From Candidatus Nitrospira inopinata (lineage in GTDB: Bacteria > Nitrospirota > Nitrospiria > Nitrospirales > Nitrospiraceae), in assembly GCF_001458695.1 (NCBI RefSeq), contig NZ_LN885086.1, forward strand, positions 3,120,001 through 3,152,000: a DNA stretch of 32,000 bases, read 5' to 3'. Below, one piece after another: positions 18,462 through 27,830 of the stretch. A program made the translations under genes and the position numbers. The first letter of the stretch is position 1, and each line of letters begins with the position of its first letter. The notes beneath the pieces were generated by a model. The model worked only from the letters and a program-made list of their open reading frames with translations, did not search any database and was not told where the DNA came from.

Positions 18462-19460
18462 TTATGGAGCGGGCTCGCCCATGTCAGACGGAACGTCAGA
18501 TGCCGGAGCCTGGATTGCCGACCGTGCCTCGCCCCTGAACGGCAGTTCCAGCAACGCATAGGGATTGACGCGCGCGCCGTTGAGTTTGACGCCCCAATGG
18601 AGATGGGGACCGGTCGCACGGCCGGTTGCCCCCACCTTGCCGATGACCTGTCCGGCCCGCACCGCGTCGCCTTCCCTGACCAGTATTTCCGACAGGTGGA
18701 AATACATGGAATAGAATCCGAGCCCATGATCGACATACACCCCCTTGCCGGAGAAGATGTGATCGACCGTCAGCCGTACGACGCCGTCGTTCGTCACCGC
18801 CACGTCGGCGCCGACGGGGGCTCCAATGTCCTCGCCGTTATGAGGGCTGCGGGCTTGGCCGTTCATGATTCTGACGCTGCCGAAAATCCCGGTTCGTCTT
18901 CCGCTGACCGGCTCCGCGAAGCCCGATCGCCACAATCTGATCGGTGAATCGTCCGCCAGCGCCGTTTTGACCTGCTCTTGCTCCGCTTTCCAGCGCTGCA
19001 AGCTCCGCTCGTCAAGATCGACCTTGTCTTTGGGCAAGGTCAGCCGCTCGACACGGAATTTCTCTTTCAGCACTTCCACGTGATAGGTGAGCCGCCGACT
19101 GCCGCCCTTCTGCTCGATCTCGATCGCAAGCTCGTGGGTCCCCGGTTTATCCTCCAGGTCGATGCCGAGCAGCCCGACAAACTCTTTGCTCTCATCCGGT
19201 CCGGTCTCGCGAAAAAATCTGACGGTTCTGCCCCTGAACGTTCCGCGAGCCTCACGCGACGTCTCGTCCGCCGGAACTTTCACGACGAGAATCTGGCCCT
19301 GTTTACCCTTGTACCGTCCTCCATCGTCTGTGGACGCGGAAGCAGCCTCCCCTGCGGTGAGAACCATTGCCGGACCGCCGAGGGCAAGAACGGCAACGAC
19401 CAGCATCCCCCTCCACGGAAGGGACCGCCGTCCGACGAACGTCTTGGCCGGCCGGCTCAT
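18462..19460 (-). CDS. Exported M23 (LytM-type) metallopeptidase
   Basis: HNGEDIGAP...D (HxxxD) and the HLHWGV (HxH) zinc motifs. Signal-anchor MLVVAVLALGGPAMVLTAGEA. The start ATG 19460 overlaps the pafA stop (ATGA). Confidence 0.9.
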   Translation of the reverse strand: MSRPAKTFVGRRSLPWRGMLVVAVLALGGPAMVLTAGEAASASTDDGGRYKGKQGQILVVKVPADETSREARGTFRGRTVRFFRETGPDESKEFVGLLGIDLEDKPGTHELAIEIEQKGGSRRLTYHVEVLKEKFRVERLTLPKDKVDLDERSLQRWKAEQEQVKTALADDSPIRLWRSGFAEPVSGRRTGIFGSVRIMNGQARSPHNGEDIGAPVGADVAVTNDGVVRLTVDHIFSGKGVYVDHGLGFYSMYFHLSEILVREGDAVRAGQVIGKVGATGRATGPHLHWGVKLNGARVNPYALLELPFRGEARSAIQAPASDVPSDMGEPAP

Positions 19461-20851
19461 CGGTGAAACCGCCCTCCCGGCATCTGCGACAGCAATTCCT
19501 CGACCCGCCGATTCACGGCGCTGAACGGATCCATGCAGAGAATCGTCTCCTCCCAGTAGCCGTTCAACTTCAAATAGGTCCAATCGACCGTGTAGGAACG
19601 GTTCTTCGCCCTTGCGAACCGAATGAAATCTCCTCGCACCTTGGCTCTGGTCGTCTGCGGAGGCGTGGACATGGCCCGTTGCACGGCGTCTTCTTGCACG
19701 ATCCGCTCGACCAACCCGCGCGATTCCAACAAGTAGTACAATCCTCTTGTGCGCTTCACGTCGTGGAATTGCAAATCCAACAGCAAGACGCGGGGATCAT
19801 CCCATCCGCACTCTTTCTTGTCCACATATGATTGAATCAGGTGCTTCTTGGTCACCCAGTCGATTTGATGCGCCAACTGCATGGGATCTTCTTCCAACTG
19901 ACGGAGCACCGCCTCCCACTTGGCATACACGTCGTCGAGCGTCGCATCGTGTTCTTCCTGGTCCAGATACTGCCGCGCGCGCTCCAAATAGACCCGCTGG
20001 ATCTCAATGGCGGTCATGTAGCGGGCGTCGTCAAGCCGGACTTTTTTCTTGAGGGTGGGATCCCTTGCGATTTCGCGAATCGCCTTCACGGGGTCCTCCA
20101 GCTCCACTCCATGAACCAGATAGCCCTCTTCGATCATCGACAGAACCAGCGCCGCCGTCCCCACCTTGAGATACGTGGCGAATTCCGACATGTTGGAATC
20201 TCCCACGATGATGTGCAGCCGCCGGTAGCGTTCCGCGTCGGCGTGCGGCTCGTCGCGCGTGTTGATGATGCTGCGGGACGACGTCGTGGAGGAGGAGGTC
20301 TTTTCGTGAATGTGCTGCGCTCGTTGGGAAATGAAATACTGGGGCTTGCCGGACACCTTGAGGACCTTTCCCGCCCCGCTGAACACCTGCCTCGTCACGA
20401 AAAACGGGATCAATTGCTCCGTGACTTTCCAGAAATCGACGTCCCGCCGCATGAGAAAATTCTCGTGACACCCGTAGGTGTTGCCCAGCGAATCGGTGTT
20501 GTTCTTGAAAATGTAAATTTCGCCCGACAATCCTTCTTCGCGAAGCCGCTCCTCGGCGGCCGGCAGGCAGGCCTCCAGCAGCCGCTCGCCGGCCTTGTCG
20601 TGAGTCACCAGATCAAGAATGTTGTCGCATTCAGGGGTGGAGTATTCCGGATGGCATCCGGTGTCCTGATAGAACCTCGCACCGTTGACGAGAAAGGCGT
20701 TCGACGGCCAACTATTGGGGATCAGCCCCTCGAAGATGTAGCCCAGGACCTTTTCCATGGGGAGATAAATTCTCCCATTGGGCGAAAAGATGAGGCCGTA
20801 CTCGTTTTCGAGACCGAAAATTCTTTGTTTCATCGGACCTGTGCCGGCCAT
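19457..20851 (-). CDS. pafA: Pup--protein ligase PafA
   Basis: MKQRIFGLENEYG...NGARFYQDTGCHPEYSTPECD...THDKAGERLL is collinear with mycobacterial PafA and lacks the Dop insertion. The homology-based start is ATG 20833 (MKQRIFG). Confidence 0.93.
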   Translation of the reverse strand: MAGTGPMKQRIFGLENEYGLIFSPNGRIYLPMEKVLGYIFEGLIPNSWPSNAFLVNGARFYQDTGCHPEYSTPECDNILDLVTHDKAGERLLEACLPAAEERLREEGLSGEIYIFKNNTDSLGNTYGCHENFLMRRDVDFWKVTEQLIPFFVTRQVFSGAGKVLKVSGKPQYFISQRAQHIHEKTSSSTTSSRSIINTRDEPHADAERYRRLHIIVGDSNMSEFATYLKVGTAALVLSMIEEGYLVHGVELEDPVKAIREIARDPTLKKKVRLDDARYMTAIEIQRVYLERARQYLDQEEHDATLDDVYAKWEAVLRQLEEDPMQLAHQIDWVTKKHLIQSYVDKKECGWDDPRVLLLDLQFHDVKRTRGLYYLLESRGLVERIVQEDAVQRAMSTPPQTTRAKVRGDFIRFARAKNRSYTVDWTYLKLNGYWEETILCMDPFSAVNRRVEELLSQMPGGRFHR

Positions 20852-20927
20852 GGGCTGATAAAATCAGATTACACGGCCCTTCTTTGATCCGCAAGAGAAG
20901 GCGTGGAACGGCGTGAGGCGAGGGGCG

Positions 20928-21614
20928 CTAATCGGAGAGCAGCCGTCGAACGTCGGCGACCGACAATCGACGAAATTTTCGGCCGAGGCGGTTGCGGTCC
21001 AACAACGCGACTTCCAGACCTTCGGGGGGCAATTTCTGATTGGCCGTCTGTTCGAGCGCCGACACGCAAAGCGACAGAGCGGCTCCCAACGCGGTCGGCT
21101 CGGTCGAGATCTTGTCCTTCAAAACCGATTGAACGGCCTCCGCCCTTCCCCCGATGACCGCAAAATTTTTTTCGTCGATGATGCTGCCGTCGAAGGAAAT
21201 GCGATAGATCTCGTTGGGATGGCCGTTGACGCCGACTTGCACGACCAAAATTTCCACTTCGAGGGGTTTGATCTCCTGGCTGAATATCGTGCCGAGACTT
21301 TGTGAATAGCCGTTCGCGAGCGAGCGAGCTGTCACGTCTTCCCGACTGTACATGAATCCCTTGAGATCGGCGTGCCTGATACCGGCCTTCCGCAAGTTTT
21401 CAAACTCGCTGTATTTGCCTGCTCCGGCAAAGGCGATGTTGTCGTACACCTCCGAGATCTTGTGCAGAGAAGCGCTGGGATTGTCCGCCGTCAGCAGGAC
21501 ACCGTCCGCGTATTCCATGGCGATGATCGACCGGCCCTTGGCAATGCCCTTCTTGGCATACTCGGCCTTGTCCTGCATCATCTGTTCGGGGGACACGTAA
21601 TACGGCAGCGGCAT
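20928..21614 (-). CDS. prcA: 20S proteasome alpha subunit PrcA
   Basis: MPLPYYVSPEQMMQDKAEYAKKGIAKGRSIIAMEY...NPS.SLHKISEVYD..AFAGAGKYSEFENLR closely parallels Mtb PrcA. GAGGGAGG RBS lies within the end of prcB. Confidence 0.95.
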   Translation of the reverse strand: MPLPYYVSPEQMMQDKAEYAKKGIAKGRSIIAMEYADGVLLTADNPSASLHKISEVYDNIAFAGAGKYSEFENLRKAGIRHADLKGFMYSREDVTARSLANGYSQSLGTIFSQEIKPLEVEILVVQVGVNGHPNEIYRISFDGSIIDEKNFAVIGGRAEAVQSVLKDKISTEPTALGAALSLCVSALEQTANQKLPPEGLEVALLDRNRLGRKFRRLSVADVRRLLSD

Positions 21615-21617
21615 GGA

Positions 21618-22457
21618 TTACGCCTCCCTCGAACGGCGCGCGGCGATCAACCCGTCGTACACCGAGCGAACCTTCTCGTCGGACACGTCGACGATCCCTT
21701 GGGCCGTCACGAACTTGGCCGTCGGATAAATGCCTCGCACAAGATCCGGCCCCCCGGTGCCCACGTCGTCGTCCGCGGCGTTATACAGGGCCGTCAGCGC
21801 CAGGTCGAGCGCGTCCGGCTCGGCCATGCTTTTTCGAAAGTGTTCGCGCATGGTGTTGCGGGCGTCCTTCCCGCCCGACCCGATCGCGTGATAATCGGAC
21901 TCTTCGTATCGGCCGCCGGCGAGGTCATACTTGAAGATGCGCCCTTCGCCGCGCTTCACGTCGTATCCCGCGAAAAGCGGCATGACAATGAGCCCTTGGA
22001 ACGCCAGGGGAAGATTGGCCTTGACCATCTGACCGAGCTTGTTCGCTTTTCCTTCGCACGACAACGGCACGCCTTCCAATTTTTCGTAGTGCTCCAGCTC
22101 CGTCTGGAACAATTTGGCCATCTCGATGCAGGGCCCGGCGGCGCCCGCGATCGCCATGGCGGACCAGTCGTCGATCTTGAAGACTTTTTCAATGCGTCGG
22201 TCGGCGATTTGGAACCCCTCCGTCGCCCGTCGGTCCCCCGCGATGACCACGCCGTCACGATACTTGACGGCCAAAACCGTGGTGGCGTGGGGGACCGTCA
22301 GGTGCGCTCCTTGAGCCGTCTGCTCCGGTGGCACGGCGCGGCCGGCGGATGCGGTTTTTCCTGCGCCCGGCAGAAGACCCGGCCGGTGTTCGGCAAGGAA
22401 ATCAAAAAAGCTGGAACTCTCAAAATCAGGGAAATAGGGCGACTTCATGCCATCCAT
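21618..22457 (-). CDS. prcB: 20S proteasome beta subunit PrcB (with propeptide)
   Basis: The propeptide SSFFDFLAEHRPGLLP...PHA is followed by the Thr nucleophile TTVLAVKYRDGVVIAGDRRATEG. Confidence 0.95.
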   Translation of the reverse strand: MDGMKSPYFPDFESSSFFDFLAEHRPGLLPGAGKTASAGRAVPPEQTAQGAHLTVPHATTVLAVKYRDGVVIAGDRRATEGFQIADRRIEKVFKIDDWSAMAIAGAAGPCIEMAKLFQTELEHYEKLEGVPLSCEGKANKLGQMVKANLPLAFQGLIVMPLFAGYDVKRGEGRIFKYDLAGGRYEESDYHAIGSGGKDARNTMREHFRKSMAEPDALDLALTALYNAADDDVGTGGPDLVRGIYPTAKFVTAQGIVDVSDEKVRSVYDGLIAARRSREA

Positions 22458-22477
22458 CGAAACGAACGGAAATCGAC

Positions 22478-23977
22478 TCAGGCCTTCAACTTTTCAATCA
22501 AGGCGTCGACCGAGTCAACAAGGTCCAATAAACCGCCGGTCAACGCCTGGGTGCCGCGATGCGGGTCCATCAGCGGCACTCGCTTGATGGTCCCGTCCCC
22601 CACGTCGAACAAGAGCGACGTCCAGCTCGCGCCGTAGAGCGACCTGGCGAACTTGCTCGCGCAGCGCCCCCGAAAGTACGCTCTCGTGTTCGGCGGAGGC
22701 GTCAATTCGGCCCGTTGGATATCTTCCTCATGCACGATGCGATCAACGTGACCGCCGCGCTCCAGGGTATAAAACAATCCGCGGTCGGGACGGACGTCGT
22801 GGTATTGAAGATCCATCAATTTCGTTCGAGGATCGTCCCAGCCGCACCGCTTCCGGTCCATATAGGATTCAATGAGATGGCGCTTGGCCACCCAATCCAA
22901 TTCCCGCACCAGCAGGCGTGGATCCTGCTCGAGCTTGTCGAGCACCTCCTCCCACCGCGCGAGAACGTTCCGTGTTTCATCGTCGCAGCCCTCTTGAGCG
23001 TAAAAGTCTTTGGCGGCCCGGAGGTAGGCGCGCTGCACGGCCACGGCCGTCGTCGGACCGCCCCCGGCCAACTTGATCGTCTCCTTCATCTCCAGATCGC
23101 GCGACACCTGCCGGAACGCCCGGACCGGCTCGTCCAGCTCGATGACCGGCGGCGTGGCTCCTGCTTCCAAAAGATCGAGCACGATGCTCAAGGTTCCGAC
23201 CTTGAGAAAGGTGGAGACCTCGGCCATGTTGGCGTCGCCGACGATGACGTGAAACCGCCGATACTTCGCGTGGTCGGCGTGCGGCTCGTCTCGGGTGTTG
23301 ATGATCGGTCGCTTGACCATCGTGTTGAGATCGACCAAACACTCAAAAAAATCCGCGCGCTGAGAAATCTGGTACTCGGCGGGGCTCGTCTGATTTTCCG
23401 CTCCGACTTTTCCGGCTCCGGCAAAGATCGGCCTCGTGACAAGAAAGGGCGTCAGGACCCTGACGATGCTCTCGAACGGCACGGTCCTGGAAACCAGATA
23501 ATTCTCATGATACCCGTAGCTGTTGCCCTTGCCGTCCGAATTGTTCTTGTACAGAACGTACAGATCCCGCCCCACCACCCTCGCCATTTCCTGAAGACTT
23601 TGGGCCAGAATCCGCTCTCCCGCCCGTTCAAACGCCACGACTTCACGAGCCCGTGAACATTCCGGCGTGGAGTATTCCGGATGGGCGCCGTCCACGTACA
23701 GCCGTCCGCCGTTGGCCAGCACTTTGTTGAGTTGTCGATTGTAATCCGGGTTGGGCCGTTCCCGCTCTCCCTCGACTTCGAACCCTCTGGCGTCCAGCAG
23801 GGGATTTTCGTGCTCGTAATCCCAAATCGCGGCGGGGGCGGGAATTCTCCTATAATGTCCGATCACGGCGATGGAGCTCGACACGGGATCGGAAACGGAC
23901 GAGTCCTTCGCCGCGATACCGAATTCGGTTTCGGTGCCAAGCACGCGCGGACGAGTCGTCGGAGTGTCTTTCCGCAT
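22478..23977 (-). CDS. dop: Pup deamidase/depupylase Dop
   Basis: VLGTETEFGI..., the Dop-specific insertion WDYEHENPLLDARGFEVEG..., and NGGRLYVDGAHPEYSTPEC. 499 aa against 464 aa for the PafA paralogue. Confidence 0.93.
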   Translation of the reverse strand: MRKDTPTTRPRVLGTETEFGIAAKDSSVSDPVSSSIAVIGHYRRIPAPAAIWDYEHENPLLDARGFEVEGERERPNPDYNRQLNKVLANGGRLYVDGAHPEYSTPECSRAREVVAFERAGERILAQSLQEMARVVGRDLYVLYKNNSDGKGNSYGYHENYLVSRTVPFESIVRVLTPFLVTRPIFAGAGKVGAENQTSPAEYQISQRADFFECLVDLNTMVKRPIINTRDEPHADHAKYRRFHVIVGDANMAEVSTFLKVGTLSIVLDLLEAGATPPVIELDEPVRAFRQVSRDLEMKETIKLAGGGPTTAVAVQRAYLRAAKDFYAQEGCDDETRNVLARWEEVLDKLEQDPRLLVRELDWVAKRHLIESYMDRKRCGWDDPRTKLMDLQYHDVRPDRGLFYTLERGGHVDRIVHEEDIQRAELTPPPNTRAYFRGRCASKFARSLYGASWTSLLFDVGDGTIKRVPLMDPHRGTQALTGGLLDLVDSVDALIEKLKA

Positions 23978-23984
23978 GGAGACG

Positions 23985-25754
23985 TCAGAGGTAATGGCCG
24001 GTGGTCACGGTTTCGATCTGGCGGGACTCGCCGGGTCCGCCGCTGATCGTTCTGATGTGAACGATCTTCTCGCCCTTCTTCCCGGCGATTTTCGCCCAAT
24101 CATCCGGATTGGTCGTATTGGGAAGATCTTCGTGCTCTTTAAACTCCTCGCGGATGGCGCGCAACAGATCTTCCAGCCGCAGACCGTGCCCCTCCTTTGC
24201 AATGGCCCGCTTGACGGCGAATTTCTTGGCGCGCGACACGATGCCCTCGATCAAGGCTCCGCTGGCGAAATCCTTGAAATACAGCACTTCTTTTTCGCCG
24301 TTGGCGTACGTCACCTCGATGAACTTGTTTTCCTCACTGGCGGCATACATGGTCTCGACGATCCGCACAGTCAGCCGTTCCACGAAGGCTTGGCGGTCGC
24401 CCCCGTGTCGATCCAACTCGCTCTGATCGAACGGCAAATCCGGCGACAGATACTTTGAGAAAATGTCCCGCGCCGCTTCGGCGTCCGGACGCCCGACTTT
24501 GACTTTGACGTCCAGCCGTCCGGCCCGCAACACCGCAGGGTCGATCAAATCCTGCCGGTTGCTGGCTCCGATGACGATCACGTTGCGCAGGCGCTCCACT
24601 CCGTCTATCTCCGACAAAAATTGCGGAACGATCGTCGATTCGATGTCGGACGAGATGCCGCTCCCCCTCGTCCTGAACAAGGCATCCATTTCGTCGAAAA
24701 AGACGATCACCGGATGACCGTCTTCCGCGCGCTCCTTCGCCTTTTTGAAGACCTCCCGTACCTGCCGTTCGGACTCGCCGACGTACTTGTTGAGCAGTTC
24801 AGGGCCTTTGACGTGGAGAAAATAGCTGCGGATCTCCTTACCGGTGCGGTGACCGAGTTTTTTGGCGATCGAATTGGCGACGGCCTTGGCGATGAGCGTT
24901 TTGCCGCAGCCGGGCGGCCCATACAACAAGACGCCCTTCGGAGCGCTCAGCTTGTACTCGGCGAACAGGTCCGGATATAGGAACGGCAATTCGACCGCGT
25001 CCCGTACCTGCTCCAGCTCTTTCTGAAGCCCGCCGATACGCGAGTAATCGACGTCGGGAACCTCTTCGAGCACCAGTTCTTCCGCTTCCGATTTCGGCAG
25101 TTTTTCGATCACGTATCCGGAACGAGGATCGTACAAGAGATGGTCGCCGACGCTCAATCGATCGGCCAGCAACGGATCTCCCAACTCGACGACTTTCTCT
25201 TCGTCGAAGTGCAACGTCACGAGCGCGCGTCCTCCCTCCAACACGTCCTTGAGTCGCACCACCTCCCCCTGTCTGTCGAAGCTCTTCGCCTCAATGACGT
25301 TGAGCGCTTCGTTCAGCACGACCTCCTGTCCCTTCCTCAATTGAGAACCGCTGATGGAGGGATGAATGCTGACTTTCATTTTTCTGCCGGACACGAACAC
25401 GTTTCCCGTCCCGTCCTCATTGAGGCTCGAGAAAATGGCGTACGACGAAGGAGGAGCCGTCAGCTTGTCGACTTCGGCGCGCAGCGTTTCAATTTGCGTC
25501 TTCGCCTCTTGAAGCGCCGCGACCAGCCGTTCATTCTGCTTGTTCACCTGCTCAAGCTGGTAGCGCGATTGATACAAGCGACGGATTTCTTCCTCCATCG
25601 ACTGAATTTGCTCGCGAAGCCTGTCGGTTTCTCCGGCGTGCTCGTCGTTTTTGTGAATCATGCCCGCATTCCTCTCTGATAACCGCTTGGTGATTTTCTT
25701 GACGGAATCGCGGAGGGACCGGAGCCGGGTCTGTTGATTTTTGCTTTCTCCCAT
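23985..25754 (-). CDS. mpa: Proteasome-associated AAA+ ATPase Mpa/ARC
   Basis: N-terminal coiled coil, OB domains, Walker A GPPGCGKT, Walker [28 protein letters not shown] and the C-terminal docking motif ...GHYL (actinobacterial GQYL) are present. Confidence 0.96.
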   Translation of the reverse strand: MGESKNQQTRLRSLRDSVKKITKRLSERNAGMIHKNDEHAGETDRLREQIQSMEEEIRRLYQSRYQLEQVNKQNERLVAALQEAKTQIETLRAEVDKLTAPPSSYAIFSSLNEDGTGNVFVSGRKMKVSIHPSISGSQLRKGQEVVLNEALNVIEAKSFDRQGEVVRLKDVLEGGRALVTLHFDEEKVVELGDPLLADRLSVGDHLLYDPRSGYVIEKLPKSEAEELVLEEVPDVDYSRIGGLQKELEQVRDAVELPFLYPDLFAEYKLSAPKGVLLYGPPGCGKTLIAKAVANSIAKKLGHRTGKEIRSYFLHVKGPELLNKYVGESERQVREVFKKAKERAEDGHPVIVFFDEMDALFRTRGSGISSDIESTIVPQFLSEIDGVERLRNVIVIGASNRQDLIDPAVLRAGRLDVKVKVGRPDAEAARDIFSKYLSPDLPFDQSELDRHGGDRQAFVERLTVRIVETMYAASEENKFIEVTYANGEKEVLYFKDFASGALIEGIVSRAKKFAVKRAIAKEGHGLRLEDLLRAIREEFKEHEDLPNTTNPDDWAKIAGKKGEKIVHIRTISGGPGESRQIETVTTGHYL

Positions 25755-25817
25755 GTGCGGCGCTCGACATTCGCCCCCGACATCGGTCGAAAGCGAGTCC
25801 GTATGCTCCTTTTTCGG

Positions 25818-25846
25818 ATTCTAACACCCGACCCTGGGGTGGTCAA
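25818..25846 (-). promoter_or_regulatory. Candidate sigma-70 promoter of the mpa-dop-prcBA-pafA operon
   Basis: On the minus strand: TTGACC (25846-25841), 17 nt spacer, TGtTAGAAT (extended -10, hexamer 25823-25818). It lies about 64 nt upstream of the mpa ATG and immediately downstream of the thiE stop. Confidence 0.5.
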
Positions 25847-25857
25847 CTGGAGCGGCG

Positions 25858-26520
25858 CTACGCGCGCGGGATTGCGCGAGCATCGGAATTGGATGATGCA
25901 GCCAGTGCGGCCAACAGATCGCGCGTCGCGGCGGCGACGTCGTCGCGACCGAGAATCGCCCCGATGACCGCGACGCCATGCGCGCCGGCTCGACGAACGG
26001 CAGGCACCGCTGCACAGGTGATTCCTCCGATGGCGAACACCGGAGCCGTCGAGAGCCGGCAGGCTTCGGCCAATCGCTCCAGTCCGACGGGAGATCCGAA
26101 CTGCCGCTTGGACGGCGTGTCAAAGACCGGCCCGAACACGACGTAGTCCGCCCTCTCTTGATTGGCGGCTTGCACTTCCGAGAGAGAATGCGTCGAAATT
26201 CCAATCAGTCGATCGACTCCGACCAGCCGGCGAACGGCCGAGAGCGGGAGGCTGTTGGTGCGCAGATGAACGCCGTCCAGATTCATCGCCAACATCAGAT
26301 CGACCCGATCGTTGACGATCAATGGCACGGCCCTGGGTTTCGTAAACGAGCCGATCTCGCGCCCCAACTGAATCAGCTCTCGTGTCGGCAAATCTCGCTC
26401 GCGAAGCTGAATGGCCGGCAGCCCCGCCTCGACGGCCTGACGAAGAAGCTCCAGGAAGGGGCGCCCCCGTGCTTGGGTTCGATCCGTGACCAACAGCAGA
26501 CGAAAATCAACGGACCGCAT
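25858..26520 (-). CDS. thiE: Thiamine-phosphate synthase ThiE
   Basis: FRLLLVTDR...AIQLRERDL...LIVNDRVDL...GVHL...IGIS.H......ADYVVFGPVF.T.SK... is the typical ThiE sequence. ATG 26520 is preferred over GTG 26550. Confidence 0.9.
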   Translation of the reverse strand: MRSVDFRLLLVTDRTQARGRPFLELLRQAVEAGLPAIQLRERDLPTRELIQLGREIGSFTKPRAVPLIVNDRVDLMLAMNLDGVHLRTNSLPLSAVRRLVGVDRLIGISTHSLSEVQAANQERADYVVFGPVFDTPSKRQFGSPVGLERLAEACRLSTAPVFAIGGITCAAVPAVRRAGAHGVAVIGAILGRDDVAAATRDLLAALAASSNSDARAIPRA

Positions 26521-26628
26521 ACGGTGATCGAGAGGGACCGGGCATCGCACGCACGCGCCGCCTTGCGCATCCTCGCATCGGAAGAGCGGCCGAGGAACCG
26601 TCGGTTCGCACTTGCGACTTGGAACGAC

Positions 26629-27402
26629 TCAGAGCATTCCCTCTATCGGACTGCTCGCCGTCGCGTAGAGTTTCTTGGGAATTCGGCCGGCCTTGTACGC
26701 CAACCGGCCTGCCCAGACCGCGTATTTCATCGCTTCCGCCATGGCAATGGGATCTCGCGCACCGGCGATAGCCGTATTCATCAATACCGCGTCGGCCCCG
26801 TATTCCATGGCCAACGCCGCGTCTGACGCCGTTCCCACGCCTGCATCGACGATGACCGGGACGTTGACGCTCTCCATGAGAATCTTCAGATTGTACGGAT
26901 TTCTGATCCCGAGCCCCGATCCGATCGGCGCGGCCAACGGCATCACCGCCGGGCATCCGATATCGACCAGTTTCTTGGCGACGATCGGGTCGTCGTTCGT
27001 GTAGGGCAGCACGATGAACCCTTCTTTGATCAGAATTCTCGCCGCTTCGATCAAACCGGCCGTATCGGGAAACAACGTTTTTTCGTCCCCGATCACCTCG
27101 AGTTTCACCAAATCGGAGACGCCGGCGGCGCGGGCAAGACGGGAATACCGCACCGCGTCCTCCACCGTGTAGCAACCGGCCGTATTGGGGAGGATCGTGT
27201 ATTTCTTGGGATCGATGTAGTCGAGCAGGTTTTCTTTGGATCGATCGGTGATATTGACGCGGCGTACCGCCACCGTGACGACGTCGGCTCCCGACGCCTC
27301 GATGGCTTTTTGGGTTTCGGCGAAACTTTTGTACTTGCCCGTTCCTACCCACAGTCGTGACTTGAACTCACGCCCTGCGATGATCAACCGATCGTCCGTC
27401 AT
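26629..27402 (-). CDS. thiG: Thiazole synthase ThiG
   Basis: [24 protein letters not shown]...LPNTAGC...[13 protein letters not shown]...[22 protein letters not shown]. The start ATG 27402 overlaps the stop of the thiS frame (ATGA). Confidence 0.95.
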   Translation of the reverse strand: MTDDRLIIAGREFKSRLWVGTGKYKSFAETQKAIEASGADVVTVAVRRVNITDRSKENLLDYIDPKKYTILPNTAGCYTVEDAVRYSRLARAAGVSDLVKLEVIGDEKTLFPDTAGLIEAARILIKEGFIVLPYTNDDPIVAKKLVDIGCPAVMPLAAPIGSGLGIRNPYNLKILMESVNVPVIVDAGVGTASDAALAMEYGADAVLMNTAIAGARDPIAMAEAMKYAVWAGRLAYKAGRIPKKLYATASSPIEGML

Positions 27403-27725
27403 AGCCCCCTCTTCAAAAAATGGCGGGGGAAGCCGTGCGCTCTTGGCGATTCCCTCGGTTCGCCCATGCGGGGCGCATCGACGCCCCCGCCGCCGATACA
27501 CAACGCCCCTCCGCCGATAAAGCTCAGGATCTCCACGCGATCGCCGTCCCGAAGCCGATGTTCCGCGAACTTGGCACGGTCCAAAATTTCGAGGTTGACC
27601 TCCACCGCCACACGGTCGGTCGCGATCTCCAGATCCCGCAACAAATCCGCTACCGTCACGCCGTCGCGCCAGTCCCTCGTCTCGCCGTTCACCTGGATTT
27701 TGATCGCTTCACCCATGACGGTCAT
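27399..27725 (-). CDS. thiS: Sulfur-carrier protein ThiS with a 35-codon extension beyond the Gly-Gly terminus
   Basis: [12 protein letters not shown]...[11 protein letters not shown]......[15 protein letters not shown] is a canonical ThiS beta-grasp. The frame then continues [35 protein letters not shown] to the TGA at 27401-27399. Start is ATG 27725 or 27716. Confidence 0.8.
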   Translation of the reverse strand: MTVMGEAIKIQVNGETRDWRDGVTVADLLRDLEIATDRVAVEVNLEILDRAKFAEHRLRDGDRVEILSFIGGGALCIGGGGVDAPRMGEPRESPRAHGFPRHFLKRGL

Positions 27726-27753
27726 CCTAGGGGACAAGAATTCGCCTTGTCAA
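27724..27753 (-). promoter_or_regulatory. Candidate promoter upstream of or overlapping the thiS start
   Basis: On the minus strand: TTGACA (27753-27748), 18 nt spacer, TAGGAT (27729-27724). The -10 overlaps ATG 27725, so the transcript would begin near ATG 27716. Confidence 0.3.
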
Positions 27754-27830
27754 TCAAGGCTGCTTGCTCAAACGGCCCGGAACGACGCACAATAGACCCA
27801 TCCATCCGCTCAATCCGTCGGGGCATCACC

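Noticed and set aside
22478-22560. The Dop C-terminal helix LLDLVDSVDALIEKLKA resembles the Pup helix (DDLLDEIDDVLEEN); considered as a Dop-Pup fusion
   Set aside because: PafA has an equivalent C-terminal helix at the same position after the MDP(H/F) motif. The sequence ends KLKA with no GGQ/GGE, so it is ordinary Dop C-terminus.
19832-23656. Long + strand ORFs (19832..20887, 21372..22637, 22559..23656) antisense to pafA, prcB/prcA and dop
   Set aside because: The minus-strand products match PafA, PrcA/B and Dop end to end. The + strand products are Arg/Gly/Val-rich with no motifs, which is typical of GC-rich shadow frames.
25978-27352. ORFs 25978..26826 (+) and 26507..27352 (-) overlapping thiE and thiG
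   Set aside because: They are out of frame or antisense to well-supported ThiE and ThiG, and their composition is Arg-rich and aberrant.
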